Of a stretch of 64,000 nt of DNA, positions 31,111-42,090 are shown piece by piece. Position 1 is the first letter of the stretch. Each line of letters starts with the position of its first letter. The translations under genes and the position numbers were made by a program. The notes beneath the pieces were generated by a model. It ran no database searches. It was not told the origin of the DNA and was given only the letters and a program-made list of their open reading frames with translations. Source of the stretch: an uncultured Poribacteria bacterium (lineage in GTDB: Bacteria > Poribacteria > WGA-4E > WGA-3G); assembly GCA_951813565.1 (NCBI GenBank), contig OX638351.1, forward strand, positions 2,880,001 through 2,944,000, given 5' to 3'.

Positions 31111-33447
31111 TCATTTCTGAATTAGCATTTTGCGTGTGGCAGAGAAATCCCTGGCATTGATGGTATAGAGATAAACACCACTGCTCACAGGTTCGCCTTT
31201 GTCATTGCGTCCATCCCAATGCACTGCTTGCGATTGTGAGGAATAATCCCCCGCAGACAAGATTCCAGGGGATAGTGAGCGGACTAACTTACCTGTTGGG
31301 GTATAGATGCGGATTGTGACATGGCTTTCATCCACAAGTTGGAACGGAATCCAAGTTTCTGGATTGAATGGGTTGGGGAAGTTTTGTCGCAACTGATTCC
31401 GTTTGATTTGTCCGAGTGTAACAAACTGCTTGCCTTTAGGTTCAACAGGATAAGGTAAGGAAGAAAATAAGTTTTTGGCATCCCAGATAAGGTATCGACC
31501 CATTTCGTCCTTGGATACTAAAATTGATCCATCTTGACTAATACCACGATAATCTGGAATTGACGGATATTTTATCGGTCTACTTGTTTGCCAATCCCAT
31601 ATCTGAAGTTCGCGATATCGATCAGTAAAGAGATACCTATTATCAGGACTGAAATGTATCGGCTCGGCTGCAGCCATCAGTGTATTTACAAGATGAGCAT
31701 TCTGAGGTAGAATTTTCCATATTCGGGTTTCTGAATTTTTTGATGATGCTGCCAACACCGTTGAGCCATCATCTGGAGAGGCAAAGGCAAGTGAGGAATA
31801 TGAAGAACCGCTGTGTTCTGGAGTCTCCCATTTGTATTGAAATTCGAAATTGTCCCCTTTGCGTTTCCATAATAGTATCCAGTACTGATAGTTATTACGT
31901 GCCCCTGTCCGGGCAGAAGCAGCCATAAATTCATCATTTTCACTGAAAGCAACCTGATAGAAATCATTAGGCCAATTAAGTTGGAAATTTATGCGGACTC
32001 TGTGAATTTCCTTTGGATTACCCACGTCAAAAAGAAACAGATATCCCCATTCATTCACTCCTGCAAGCCATTTTCCAGAGGAACTGAAGGAAGCATGATC
32101 AAGAAGACCAAAGTGATCTCGGTATTGCGCTTCAACGTTACCGGTTTGAATATCTGCCACTTCAACCCAAGGATATTTGCTATAAGCAATTCGTTTGCTA
32201 TCTGGAGAAATGGCAACACCTTTTTCAAAAAAATAAAATCCAGAAATCAAAAAACGTATATGTTGTGAGGGAATATCCCAGACTTTAATAAAATTGGAAT
32301 CAACAGTGACCATTGTTTGACCGTCAGGACTTAGCTTAGGTACCCCACCCACAAAATCAGTGAATACTTTCAACTGCTGTCTGGTTTCGGTTTTCCAGAG
32401 TTCAATAACGCCTCCCCACCAAAAACTCCCGTCATATTGAAGAAGCATGGTTTTTCCGTCTGGTGATAATATCATCTGTTGCAATGCCATAAAATCGTTT
32501 CCGAATGTGTCAATTTGTTGACCTGATTTAACATCCCATATATATACATTTTTATCCGCAGCATATAGGTGTTGACTGTTTGCACTAAATACCACATCTG
32601 AAATTCTGGTTTCATCAATCGGTTCTCTCCATAACAGTTGTCTTGTCGCGATATCCCACATATACACAAGGTCCGATTTGCTTTCAAATGAAGCGAGGTA
32701 TATTCCATCTGGACTGATAGCCAATCCATCAACCCAATTACCTGTATGTCCCTCAAAATGTCCTACCAATTGACGTGCTTCAACATCCCATAACTCTATA
32801 TCTGGCCGTTTGGATGCGACGATGAGGTGCTTTCCGTCTGGAGTAAACACCATATCATCATTCGTTTCAGGTCTTGAACAATACTTAGCAATACCGTTCC
32901 CGTTTAATTCCTTAACCACATAACAAGGTTCGCGCTTGCGTCGATTGCCTGCCATTGTTCCAACAAGTTCTCCGGTTTGCCAATTCCATAAATGAATCTC
33001 ATTATTATAGGTGGTGGCAAACAAGAGATGAGTGGGGCTAAATGCTGCTATCTCCGTTCTGTGTCCTATTTCCCATTCGGATATTTGTTCTTGTGTATTG
33101 ACATCCCAAATGTTTACGGTAGTTGATTTTGAAGCAGAAGAGTAGTCCAGGGTGGCTAAATGTGTAGCATTTGGACTAAACACAATATCGCTACCTCTGG
33201 TGCGGTTACCGAACTCGTCAATTATTTTTCCCGTTTCACGGTCAACAATCTGGAAATTTGGACCTAAATATGGAACACGCAAAATGGTCTGATCAGTGAG
33301 AAAGGCGTGTTTTTCTGGAGGTCGCTGCCCAAGCGTGGCGATAGGTTCAATCGCTTGCACCAAACAGGGAACACAAGCAATGCAAATCAGAGCAACATAG
33401 AAATGAAGGTTTTGTCTGAAATGAGCAATAAGTGTTTTCATGTTCAT
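31111..33447 (-). CDS. Secreted WD40 + FlgD-Ig/T9SS-like domain protein
   Basis: Paralog of 25269-27551. Confidence 0.88.
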   Translation of the reverse strand: MNMKTLIAHFRQNLHFYVALICIACVPCLVQAIEPIATLGQRPPEKHAFLTDQTILRVPYLGPNFQIVDRETGKIIDEFGNRTRGSDIVFSPNATHLATLDYSSASKSTTVNIWDVNTQEQISEWEIGHRTEIAAFSPTHLLFATTYNNEIHLWNWQTGELVGTMAGNRRKREPCYVVKELNGNGIAKYCSRPETNDDMVFTPDGKHLIVASKRPDIELWDVEARQLVGHFEGHTGNWVDGLAISPDGIYLASFESKSDLVYMWDIATRQLLWREPIDETRISDVVFSANSQHLYAADKNVYIWDVKSGQQIDTFGNDFMALQQMILSPDGKTMLLQYDGSFWWGGVIELWKTETRQQLKVFTDFVGGVPKLSPDGQTMVTVDSNFIKVWDIPSQHIRFLISGFYFFEKGVAISPDSKRIAYSKYPWVEVADIQTGNVEAQYRDHFGLLDHASFSSSGKWLAGVNEWGYLFLFDVGNPKEIHRVRINFQLNWPNDFYQVAFSENDEFMAASARTGARNNYQYWILLWKRKGDNFEFQYKWETPEHSGSSYSSLAFASPDDGSTVLAASSKNSETRIWKILPQNAHLVNTLMAAAEPIHFSPDNRYLFTDRYRELQIWDWQTSRPIKYPSIPDYRGISQDGSILVSKDEMGRYLIWDAKNLFSSLPYPVEPKGKQFVTLGQIKRNQLRQNFPNPFNPETWIPFQLVDESHVTIRIYTPTGKLVRSLSPGILSAGDYSSQSQAVHWDGRNDKGEPVSSGVYLYTINARDFSATRKMLIQK

Positions 33448-33552
33448 GTGTATCTCCAAATTTGTAGATTAACATCTAACACAATCCAATTTCATCTGCT
33501 GAGAAGCTTGGCTGAAAAGAGTTCTTTGTTGTTACATGTATTGATAACAGGC

Positions 33553-33567
33553 GCAATTTTTGTGCCA
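33553..33567 (-). promoter_or_regulatory. Sigma-54 promoter
   Basis: TGGCACAAAAATTGC (GG-N10-GC), correctly oriented. Confidence 0.75.
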
Positions 33568-33766
33568 AAGACAATTGACGGGAGAAGCGCAGAAATACAA
33601 TGCAAGGAAGGATTGAATACGAATAGCCTGCACAAGAACGTGCAACGGCACCTGACATTGCACAATTTTGGGCATCCACTGACCACCCGCCAATTCTCAA
33701 TCAACCAAACGGGTGATGTTGCAACCATTGAGTGCAAAGATGTATTGGTACGCTGCCAAATCCATC

Positions 33767-36056
33767 TCATTTCCGAATTAGCATTTTGCGTGTAGCGGAG
33801 AAGTCACCTGTATTGATGGTATAGAGATAAACACCACTGCTCACCGGTTCGCCTTTATCATTGCGTCCATCCCAAGGCACTGCTTGCGATTGTGAGGAAT
33901 AATCCCCCGCAGACAAGATTCCAGGGGATAGTGAGCGGACTAACTTACCTGTTGGGGTATAGATGCGAATTGTGACATGGCGCTCATCTGCGAGTCTGAA
34001 CGGAATCCAAGTTTCTGGATTGAATGGGTTAGGAAAGTTTTGTAGCAGCTGGTTACGCTTTATTTGTCCGAGTGTAACGAACTTCTTACCTTTAGGTTCA
34101 ACAGCGGTAGGTTGAGGTTGTGGAGGTAAGAGTTTTGTTGCATCCCATATCTGAATTTGTCCCGAATCATCGTAAGATGCCAGAACAGCGCCATTCTGAC
34201 TGAGGTCAAAATATTCGGATATCGGCTGGTGGTCAATTTGTGTATTTGTCTGCCAGTTCCAGATTTGAAGGATGCGATCTTGTTCACCTAATAGATACCA
34301 ACCATCTGGGCTAAAGTGTACTGGAAAACCTACTTCTAAAGTTGTCGCAAGTTGTGGATTATCTGGTAGTAGTTCCCAAATTTGGATTTCTTCTCGTCTG
34401 GGAACTGCCAAAACTATTGAACCATTTGCGTCAGATACAAACGCTGCTCTTGAATATGAAAAACTATCAAGTTTAGGTGCCTGCCATGTATATTGAAAGT
34501 GGAAAATATCTCCCTCGCGTTTCCATAATAATATCCAATATTGCCAACCTTGATTGTTGTACGTGCGTGTTGAAGCTGCCAAATATTCGTCATTTTCACT
34601 GAAGGTAAAATATGAGCTGATGTCAATATCAGGTGCATCGCCCGTAGAAACTATCTGATTCATTTCTGGATTTTCAACATTGAAGAGTTGGATATTGCTA
34701 TGCCTCCTTACTGCCACCCATTTACCAGATGAACTGAATGTAATGTCAGTAATTCCTTGGTGGTACTTAAATTGCGTAACAACTTTCCCTGTCTGTAGAT
34801 CGCGCACCTCAATCCAAGGGTCCCGACCAACCGCCAGTTTTTGCCCGTCAGGAGAGATGGAAAATTCTCGGAATAGGCTATTTTCAACAGAAGTGAATAG
34901 ACGCATCTGTTGTGAAGAGATGTCCCATGCCTTTATTGAGTTTCGAGATACAGAGACTAAGGACCTACCGTCAGGTGTTAAAGCATTATCCCAGCCACTG
35001 ATATAATCAGTCCACACTTTCAACTGCTTCCTTTTTTCAACATCCCATAATACAACAGCATCTTGATAATGCAGGATCGCTGTTTTCCCGTTTGGCGATA
35101 GCGTCATTGACTTTAACGACCGAAACTCGCTACCGAATGTATCAATCTGTTGTCCTGATTTGACATCCCAGACGCGCACCTGATCGTCCCATCCTCGCCA
35201 ACCACCCTTGCCATTTCCTTGTAACGCACTTGTCCGGTTCGCAACATATAAATGTCTACTGTTCAGAACTAAATGCTATAGCAACAACATGCCCCGTGCC
35301 ACCTCCTTTGTGCCATAACATCTGTTGCGTATTAAAATCCCATGCATAAAATGAACCTGAATTTAACGTGTACATTGCAATGGTCGTGTCATCAGGACTG
35401 ATGACTAATGCTTCAGCACTGCTAACGTTTTCCCCTACAAACTGTGCCTCTAAGCTGCGTGTTTCAATGTTCCATAACTCAAGCTTAGAATTGTTTGCAG
35501 CAACAATGAGATGACGACCGTCTTTACTAAAAACCATTGCCCGATCTGATGGCAAATCCTCACGTATCAACTTTCCAATAGTTTCCCCATTTTGCCAGTT
35601 CCATAGATGTATTTCACGAGCGATAGCAGTCGCAAATATAGGTTGTGTAGGACTAAACGCTGTTTCATCATCAGATATGCGAGCTGCTATCTCCCATCGG
35701 GCTATAAGTTGCCTGTTATTGACATCCCAGATGTTTACGGTGGTCATCAATGAATTTATCGTGCGATTCAAAATTGCTAAATGTTCCGCAGTCGGACTAA
35801 ATACTACACTGCTATAACGCGTCCGCTCACCGAATTCGTCTGTGACCGCACCTGTTTTGACATTTATGACCTGAATATGTGTTGGTACAACGCGTACAAT
35901 CGTTTCATTGTTAAGAAACGCGTGCTGTTCTGGAATCGGTTGTCCAATTGTGCCAATAGGTTCAATACCAAATGTAACAGGCGGAATCCCTGCAATGCTA
36001 ATAAGGATAAGAAAAGCCAGCAAGTTTTGTTTAAAAAGGGCGGTAAATGTTTTCAT
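33767..36056 (-). pseudogene. Frameshifted WD40 + FlgD-Ig paralog
   Basis: One extra base at 35262-35263; removing it gives FSSDSRHLYVANRT...GWDDQVRVWD, colinear with the 760-aa paralog. Confidence 0.85.
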
Positions 36057-36585
36057 GATGTCTACAAATTACTTTGATGTCTGATTTCGTATCGGATGAA
36101 TCTAACTGTCTATTTGAAGAATTCAGCGTTTAAGCTCTCCCCACATAGTTGTAAGTTTCCCCACTGGCTCAACAGAAAGTGCAGAAACATCTGCCCAAGT
36201 CAAACCATAAGCGGCATTAGGTATTTCAACGAGGCGTCGCATTTTAGAAGTGTGTCGAGAAATAGTATATAGGACGCTTGACCGAGTTTCATGGTAATAG
36301 GAAAAAAATGCGATATAATTATCATCAGGTGACCACGCTACACGATACGTTCGATATGAACCATTTGGATTTAACCTACGATGATTGGTGCTATTCGCCT
36401 TGGCAACGTAAACACCCCCATCACCTGCTGCTGAACCGTATGCAATATGCTTACCATCGTGTGAAAAGCTAAAGAAAGCACCGGGTGTGCCGAGGAATGC
36501 GGCACCTTTGTGAAATAGATTATACTCTTTGGGCCTTCTTGGTTTTGGAATATCAACCTCCCAATATTTTGTCCGACTCGTATTA

Positions 36586-37493
36586 TAGTAAATCCCGTAA
36601 TTACTTATACACTTTTATAATATCATCAATAGAGGTCTCAGCGTTGTATTGACGTATCCGCTTGATGTTGGCGAAATCCTTCTCAATCGGGTTCAACTCC
36701 GGTGAATACGGCGGTAAAAACAACAAACTCGCACCGCAATCCCGGATCAATGCCGCCGTCTGTGAACCTTTGTGGAAAGACGCATTATCCATAATCACAA
36801 CATGGCTATCGTCAAGCAATGGACACAACATTTCCGAAAGCCAACTGTTGAAGGCGACCGCGTCGCAACTGCCCTCGAAAAGCACAGGTGCTGTGAAACA
36901 TCCATCAAGCCTTGCAGCAATCAGCGTCGTGGTGGTATACCGATGGCTTGGCACTTTATCTTCAACACGGACACCTTTCGGGGCATAAGCATACCGACGG
37001 AAAGTGGTTTCAGTGAAACCACTTTCGTCAAGATAAACCGGTGTTTTGCCATGCGCCTGTGTCTCTTGTTGAAGTGCCGAAAGATACTCTTGGCGTTTTA
37101 TCGGACACTGTTCTTTGTAGGTCGTGGTCTTTTTTTTCGCGTGATATTGAGTTTTGAGAAGGCATAAAAGATGCCATTTGTTGAAACACCGAAGTGTTTA
37201 GCACGTTCGGCGAGTGTGGAATCTGGGAAATCGGCAACATGTTGCTGAAGTGCGTCATAATCAATATCTCGGGGCCCTTTGGGTCCCGGTTTTTCACAGG
37301 CGAAGGGGTCTTCTGCTTCCAACCAGTTATAGATCGTTCTTCTTGAGACACGAAAAGTGCGTTCTGCGGCGGCTTTACTGCCACCATTATTGATGAAATC
37401 AAGCACGCGTTTGCGTAAATCTGTTGAATATGCCATAATTATAAAGGCTAGCATAAATCCCAGAAAATGTAAACTTATTTTCAATATCTACTA
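36586..37493 (-). mobile_element. IS630-family insertion sequence (908 bp)
   Basis: TA duplication at 36584-36585 and 37494-37495; imperfect TIRs TAGTA...TACA; transposase inside. Confidence 0.93.
36601..37436 (-). CDS. IS630 transposase (HTH + DDE) joined by a -1 shift at an A8 run
   Basis: 'MAYSTDLRKRV'; A8 at 37130-37137; the -1 frame gives 'YLDESGF', 'MDNASFH', 'YSPELNPIE'. Confidence 0.9.
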
Positions 37494-37970
37494 TAAAATC
37501 CATATAAAAAATCGAACGTGAATCTGGTGCCCATACGAGCCGTCGTAGACGTCGTTGATGGGATGTTAATTGGCGGACTTCTCCACTTTGAACGGAGATA
37601 AGAAAGATTTCAGAAATCCCAGGGCTAAGGCCGAGATACGCAATCCACTTTCCATCAGGAGACCATGCGAAATCCCAATATAGTTGAACATCAAGTCTTA
37701 TTTCTTTGATACGCTTACCAGTTCCTGTTTCACATATCTCAAGTACCTGTCCCGGTCGCCACACGGCTAAATATCGACCATCATGTGATGGTCGGGCGGC
37801 AGGTGCGTCAAACAACTTGGTGGGTTTGGTTCCGTTAGTCTTGATTGCATAGACACCGTCGCCTCCGATAGTATAGATTATATAGTCTTTTGCCCAAGAT
37901 AAATTGGCAATGAGTAAACAACCGATTACAGACCAAAATATAACTGTTAGAAGGATTCTTTTTGAAGATT

Positions 37971-38852
37971 TCATTTTTTAAGTTGTCCCCATGTAGTTGT
38001 GAGTTTGACTTGTGCATTAACTGCAAGCGGGATAGTAGTCTTTGCGCCATTTTTACCCATCAGATGATACCCATTTTCCGATGAATCTAAGAACATCCGC
38101 TCCCTACTCGGTTCATCAAAATGCCATAACGCGACAGTCTTTCCATCATTTCTAAACTTTTCTTCAGGTAAAAATCTCTTTTTGTCAATGTCGTAACGAG
38201 CATCAGTTGAAATGCGTACCTCATCAATATATCCTGTAAAGGAATGCCAAAAGAAGCCACCTAAATTGGGTGGTTGAATTTGCTTCCCAAAACCACCGAG
38301 CGTAAAGTCCTTTGGACGCCAGAATTTTGATAAATCATCTCCAATAATTGTTCCTTGTCCCATCGTTTTGACAACTTCATTAACGATGGTCGACGTCCGT
38401 TTTCCTTTTGCCTGAAAAGCGATGTGATGCCACTGATTCAAACTGAGGGTGATCGGAAAAAACGGTGTTACTGCATCCCCACCCCATCCGGCAACATGTG
38501 CATCGGTTATTAGGAGCAGGTCCCCTTTCTTCCAATCAATACGATTCTTTACGAACTGATATCCGGCATAATCATCGCTTACAACGCGCATTCGCACTTG
38601 TTGACTGAGGATGATTGCGGTAATATTGTCGTCAGGGGGCTTTGTCGGATAAACCCACGCTTCAACGGTGAATTCATCTGTGTCTGCAGGTAAAAGTATA
38701 CCAAATGTTTCAAAGTCCAATTCAGCGTAATCATCTACACCGTCAAGAACTAAATAGTTGCCACCTGCCGGCGAAGGTGGTGCTGCTTTGGCACGGAACG
38801 GAATCATCAATGTAAGAAATAGTACACATGTAAATATACGTAGATATATCAT
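37971..38852 (-). CDS. Secreted LamG domain protein with a TWG tail
   Basis: 'FTVEAWV', 'WHHIA', 'IDEVRIS'; ends 'AVNAQVKLTTTWGQLKK'. Confidence 0.88.
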   Translation of the reverse strand: MIYLRIFTCVLFLTLMIPFRAKAAPPSPAGGNYLVLDGVDDYAELDFETFGILLPADTDEFTVEAWVYPTKPPDDNITAIILSQQVRMRVVSDDYAGYQFVKNRIDWKKGDLLLITDAHVAGWGGDAVTPFFPITLSLNQWHHIAFQAKGKRTSTIVNEVVKTMGQGTIIGDDLSKFWRPKDFTLGGFGKQIQPPNLGGFFWHSFTGYIDEVRISTDARYDIDKKRFLPEEKFRNDGKTVALWHFDEPSRERMFLDSSENGYHLMGKNGAKTTIPLAVNAQVKLTTTWGQLKK

Positions 38853-39250
38853 TTATTTTCCTCCTTTTTGTCTGTAATCGTGTAAAACTGGACTGTATCA
38901 ATATGGCCCGTCCCCGTCGTTGTAGGTTTGATGATTTTGATAGCGTCTGTCTCAGCAATAAGAAAAATTTCATACGGAAACCTAATTCCCCCTGGTATTT
39001 TCTTCTTCGGTTCCCATCGATTGCGTTTGTCACGCACATAAATCTCAATGTTTTGGGTCTTTCCCCTGCCGAGCAGCACAATTTTGCGCACATCTGCTTT
39101 TTCTGGCATAGAAAAAATCATCCCGTAGAATACCGCCTTTTCGTCAACTGGCTGCTCAATCAAGACATATTCCTGTTCTGTAAAAAGTGCAGCGCAGCCG
39201 ATAACCGGTAAATAGATCGGTATAAAGAGTAGGTATTTCCATCTAATCAT
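38849..39250 (-). CDS. Small putative lipoprotein
   Basis: Lipobox-like 'VIGC'; 4-bp overlap with the next gene. Confidence 0.7.
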   Translation of the reverse strand: MIRWKYLLFIPIYLPVIGCAALFTEQEYVLIEQPVDEKAVFYGMIFSMPEKADVRKIVLLGRGKTQNIEIYVRDKRNRWEPKKKIPGGIRFPYEIFLIAETDAIKIIKPTTTGTGHIDTVQFYTITDKKEENK

Positions 39251-39320
39251 AATTCACCCTCTGCTATATAGTTTTTTAATAAGAGGAACGATTTCGTAGT
39301 TCTATACTTGGCAACACAGC

Positions 39321-39335
39321 GCAATTTTTATGCCA
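39321..39335 (-). promoter_or_regulatory. Sigma-54 promoter
   Basis: TGGCATAAAAATTGC, 70 bp upstream of the first gene of the operon. Confidence 0.75.
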
Positions 39336-39587
39336 AAGATAATGTTATGGTAAAACAGGCTAAATCAGGATTTTTTGCCAATTCGTATAACAGAGTATCA
39401 GGTTACTGTTCAATTTCTGGACAAGTATGTTTAAAAAGTAGTCTTAACTTCAGATCGGGTGCGTCAGAATTTCTTGACGCACGTTGATTTTTCAAGTATA
39501 CTTGAGCAGCGTAATAGATATTGTCTTCGGAAGAGAAACCTCGTTATCTTATCGCTAAGTCTCAGTAACTTGATAACTGGAGGTTGG

Positions 39588-42020
39588 ATGTTGAAACAGA
39601 TTTTTTCTATAGTAACCCTCATTGGAATCATTTTGGTTGGGGATACTTTGGCACAGTTGACACAAGACAAGGAGGAGTCTATGGTTGAACGTTGGGGAAT
39701 ATATGAATTGACACTGAATGGACAAAATACGGAAAACCCGTTTATTGAGGTAGAATTAACAGCAGAATTTAAACGCTGTGATATAAAAGGGGGTCGCACT
39801 TTTGAACCACACGGGTTCTACGATGGAGACGGAATATACAAAATCCGATTCATGCCTGATGAAGTCGGGGAATGGACCTATACTACAAAAAGCAACAGCG
39901 CTGAACTCAACGGCAAAACGGGGCAGTTTACATGCATTGAACCGTCCGATAAAAACCACGGACCGGTACAAGTGCATAAGGATTTCTACCTAAAATATGC
40001 TGACGGTACGCCGTATCATCAGTTTGGAACGACGTGCTACGCATGGACACATCAGGGAGAGGCGATGGAGGAACAGACCCTCAAAACCCTCGCTAAAGCC
40101 CCCTTCAACAAGATGCGAATGTGTATCTTTCCGAAGGATTACGTCTACAACAAAAATGAACCTGTCTACTACCCGTATGAAGGAAAACCACTAAAAGATT
40201 GGGATTTCACAAAATTCAACCCCGAATTCTGGCAGCATTTTGAGCAACGCGTACAAGACCTATTAGACCTTGGTATTGAAGCGGATATTATCCTTTTCCA
40301 CACCTATGATCGATGGGATTTTGAGAATATGGATGCTGAAAGCGATGATCGGTATATCCGTTATGCCGTTGCGCGCTTGGCGGCTTTCCGTAATGTTTGG
40401 TGGTCACTGGCAAATGAATATGACATTATGCCTGCGAAAGAGGAATCTGATTGGGATCGGTTTTTCCAGATTATCCGTGACCATGACCCGTATCAGCGCT
40501 TACGTGGAATTCACAACTGCAGAGGTTGGTATGACCACAGTAAACCTTGGGTGACGCATACCAGTATCCAAACTTCTAATATGGCACAAGGTATCCGTTA
40601 TCGCACCCAATACGGCAAACCTGTTATCTACGATGAATGTCGTTATGAAGGGGATATTCCACACGGATGGGGAAATATCACCGCACGGCAGATGGTGCAA
40701 CACTTTTGGGCAGGAACTGTTTCAGGGTGCTACGTCGGACATGGCGAAACATACAAACATCCTGAAGACCTGCTGTGGTGGGCGAAAGGTGGTGTCCTAC
40801 GCGGTGAAAGTCCACCTCGGATAGCATTTCTCAAAGATTTCATGGCAGATGCACCACCATTTGATACGCTTGAACCGGTTGGGGATGACGCGGGGCGATA
40901 CGTCCTCGCTAAACAGGGAGAATACTACCTTGTTTACACTACCGAACCGCAAACGATAACAGTCCAACTGCCCGGAGACCGACCTTATAAAATTGATGGT
41001 GTTGATACGTGGAACATGAAGGTCCTACCTATCGGCACTGCACAACCAGGCGAATATACGTTCGCTTCCCCGCAAAGTGATTTTGCATACCGTTTTACGC
41101 CTTACGCACCGGGTGAGAAAATCCGTCCTGAAGCAAAAGCATCCGCTGATGTTCTGCAAGGCAGCGCACCGCTAACAGTTGCTTTCTCGGCTGCAGGCGA
41201 TTTAACACAGCACTGGGATTTCGGTGATGGCACAACATCCGATGAATCGAATCCAACACACATCTATGAAAAACTTGGGCAATACACAGCCACGCTTCAG
41301 GTTACCGACGCTGAAGGCATATCGTCAACGACAGCGCTGACAATTAATGTGTTACCAGCCGTTCCCGCTAATATAGGGACTCACACAGAATTTCCTGGTT
41401 CACGCGATGATCTCATTATTCTCTGTTATGACCCATTTTATAGCAGCGAACTTGAAACACGTGGTGGCGCAAAATTCACTGAAGATGGACAGATGAATCT
41501 AACCGGTGGCTCGTTCGTAGTTAAGAATGAGAATGGGACGCTACTTGCTGCCTGCCAGCAAAGCAATCAATTAACGATTGAATGTCTTGTTACCACAGAT
41601 AACCTCAATCAGAGCGGTCCAGCACGTATCATCTCATTTTCAAAGGATGTTACCCATCGGAACTTTACCCTCGGACAAGATGGTAATCGCTTTGCTGTTA
41701 GGATCCGCACACCGCGAACTGGTACAAATGGCATGGGCGGCGAATTCTCTTTCGGTAAAATTGAATCGGGGAAACCAACGCATGTTATCGTGAGTTATTT
41801 TGCTGGGAACGTCTACTGCTATGTTGACGGAGAGTTAGTCCACTCTGGCAGCGGAATACAGGGTGACTTCAGCAATTGGGAGTTATACCCACTCCTTTTC
41901 GGTGACGAAGCAAGTGGTGGTAGAAATTGGGAAGGCAAACTGAGTCACGTGGCGATTTATAGTCGTTTTGTTGGTTTGGAAGAAGCTGCGCATAAGTTTA
42001 AGATTATTCAAGGTGAATGA
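39588..42020 (+). CDS. DUF5060/DUF4038/DUF5605 glycoside hydrolase-like protein with PKD and LamG domains
   Basis: 'GFYDGDG', 'WWSLANEYD', 'YDECRYEG', PKD 'WDFGDG'; GGAGG RBS; TTGACG-N17-TATACT upstream. Confidence 0.85.
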   Translation: MLKQIFSIVTLIGIILVGDTLAQLTQDKEESMVERWGIYELTLNGQNTENPFIEVELTAEFKRCDIKGGRTFEPHGFYDGDGIYKIRFMPDEVGEWTYTTKSNSAELNGKTGQFTCIEPSDKNHGPVQVHKDFYLKYADGTPYHQFGTTCYAWTHQGEAMEEQTLKTLAKAPFNKMRMCIFPKDYVYNKNEPVYYPYEGKPLKDWDFTKFNPEFWQHFEQRVQDLLDLGIEADIILFHTYDRWDFENMDAESDDRYIRYAVARLAAFRNVWWSLANEYDIMPAKEESDWDRFFQIIRDHDPYQRLRGIHNCRGWYDHSKPWVTHTSIQTSNMAQGIRYRTQYGKPVIYDECRYEGDIPHGWGNITARQMVQHFWAGTVSGCYVGHGETYKHPEDLLWWAKGGVLRGESPPRIAFLKDFMADAPPFDTLEPVGDDAGRYVLAKQGEYYLVYTTEPQTITVQLPGDRPYKIDGVDTWNMKVLPIGTAQPGEYTFASPQSDFAYRFTPYAPGEKIRPEAKASADVLQGSAPLTVAFSAAGDLTQHWDFGDGTTSDESNPTHIYEKLGQYTATLQVTDAEGISSTTALTINVLPAVPANIGTHTEFPGSRDDLIILCYDPFYSSELETRGGAKFTEDGQMNLTGGSFVVKNENGTLLAACQQSNQLTIECLVTTDNLNQSGPARIISFSKDVTHRNFTLGQDGNRFAVRIRTPRTGTNGMGGEFSFGKIESGKPTHVIVSYFAGNVYCYVDGELVHSGSGIQGDFSNWELYPLLFGDEASGGRNWEGKLSHVAIYSRFVGLEEAAHKFKIIQGE

Positions 42021-42090
42021 AATCTTTGCAATGTAGGGTGAGGTGTCTGGACCTGGCCATCTACCTATACCGATGCGCTACATTTGAATT

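Larger units (their letters stand above)
36123..37974 (-). pseudogene. TolB-like (PD40) propeller gene with a TWG tail, interrupted by IS630
   Basis: Removing the IS and one TA restores ...YMDF-NTSRTKYW...LSVEPVGKLTTMWGELKR* (313 aa). Confidence 0.88.

Noticed and set aside
35256..35258. TAG read-through (pyrrolysine or recoding)
   Set aside because: The homologous downstream sequence is in a different frame, so a frameshift explains it
22076..36056. Diversity-generating retroelement or integron driving the paralog arrays
   Set aside because: No reverse transcriptase, integrase, attC-like sites or template/variable repeat pair was seen
37028..37402. 124-aa ORF inside the IS
   Set aside because: Alternative frame overlapping the transposase, with no recognisable motif
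37399..37493. C-terminal part of the 191-aa ORF
   Set aside because: It is read-through into the IS630 end; the true C-terminus lies at 36123-36584
39503..39587. Riboswitch in the leader of the glycoside hydrolase gene
   Set aside because: No match to an aptamer consensus that I can recognise; an Rfam scan would be needed
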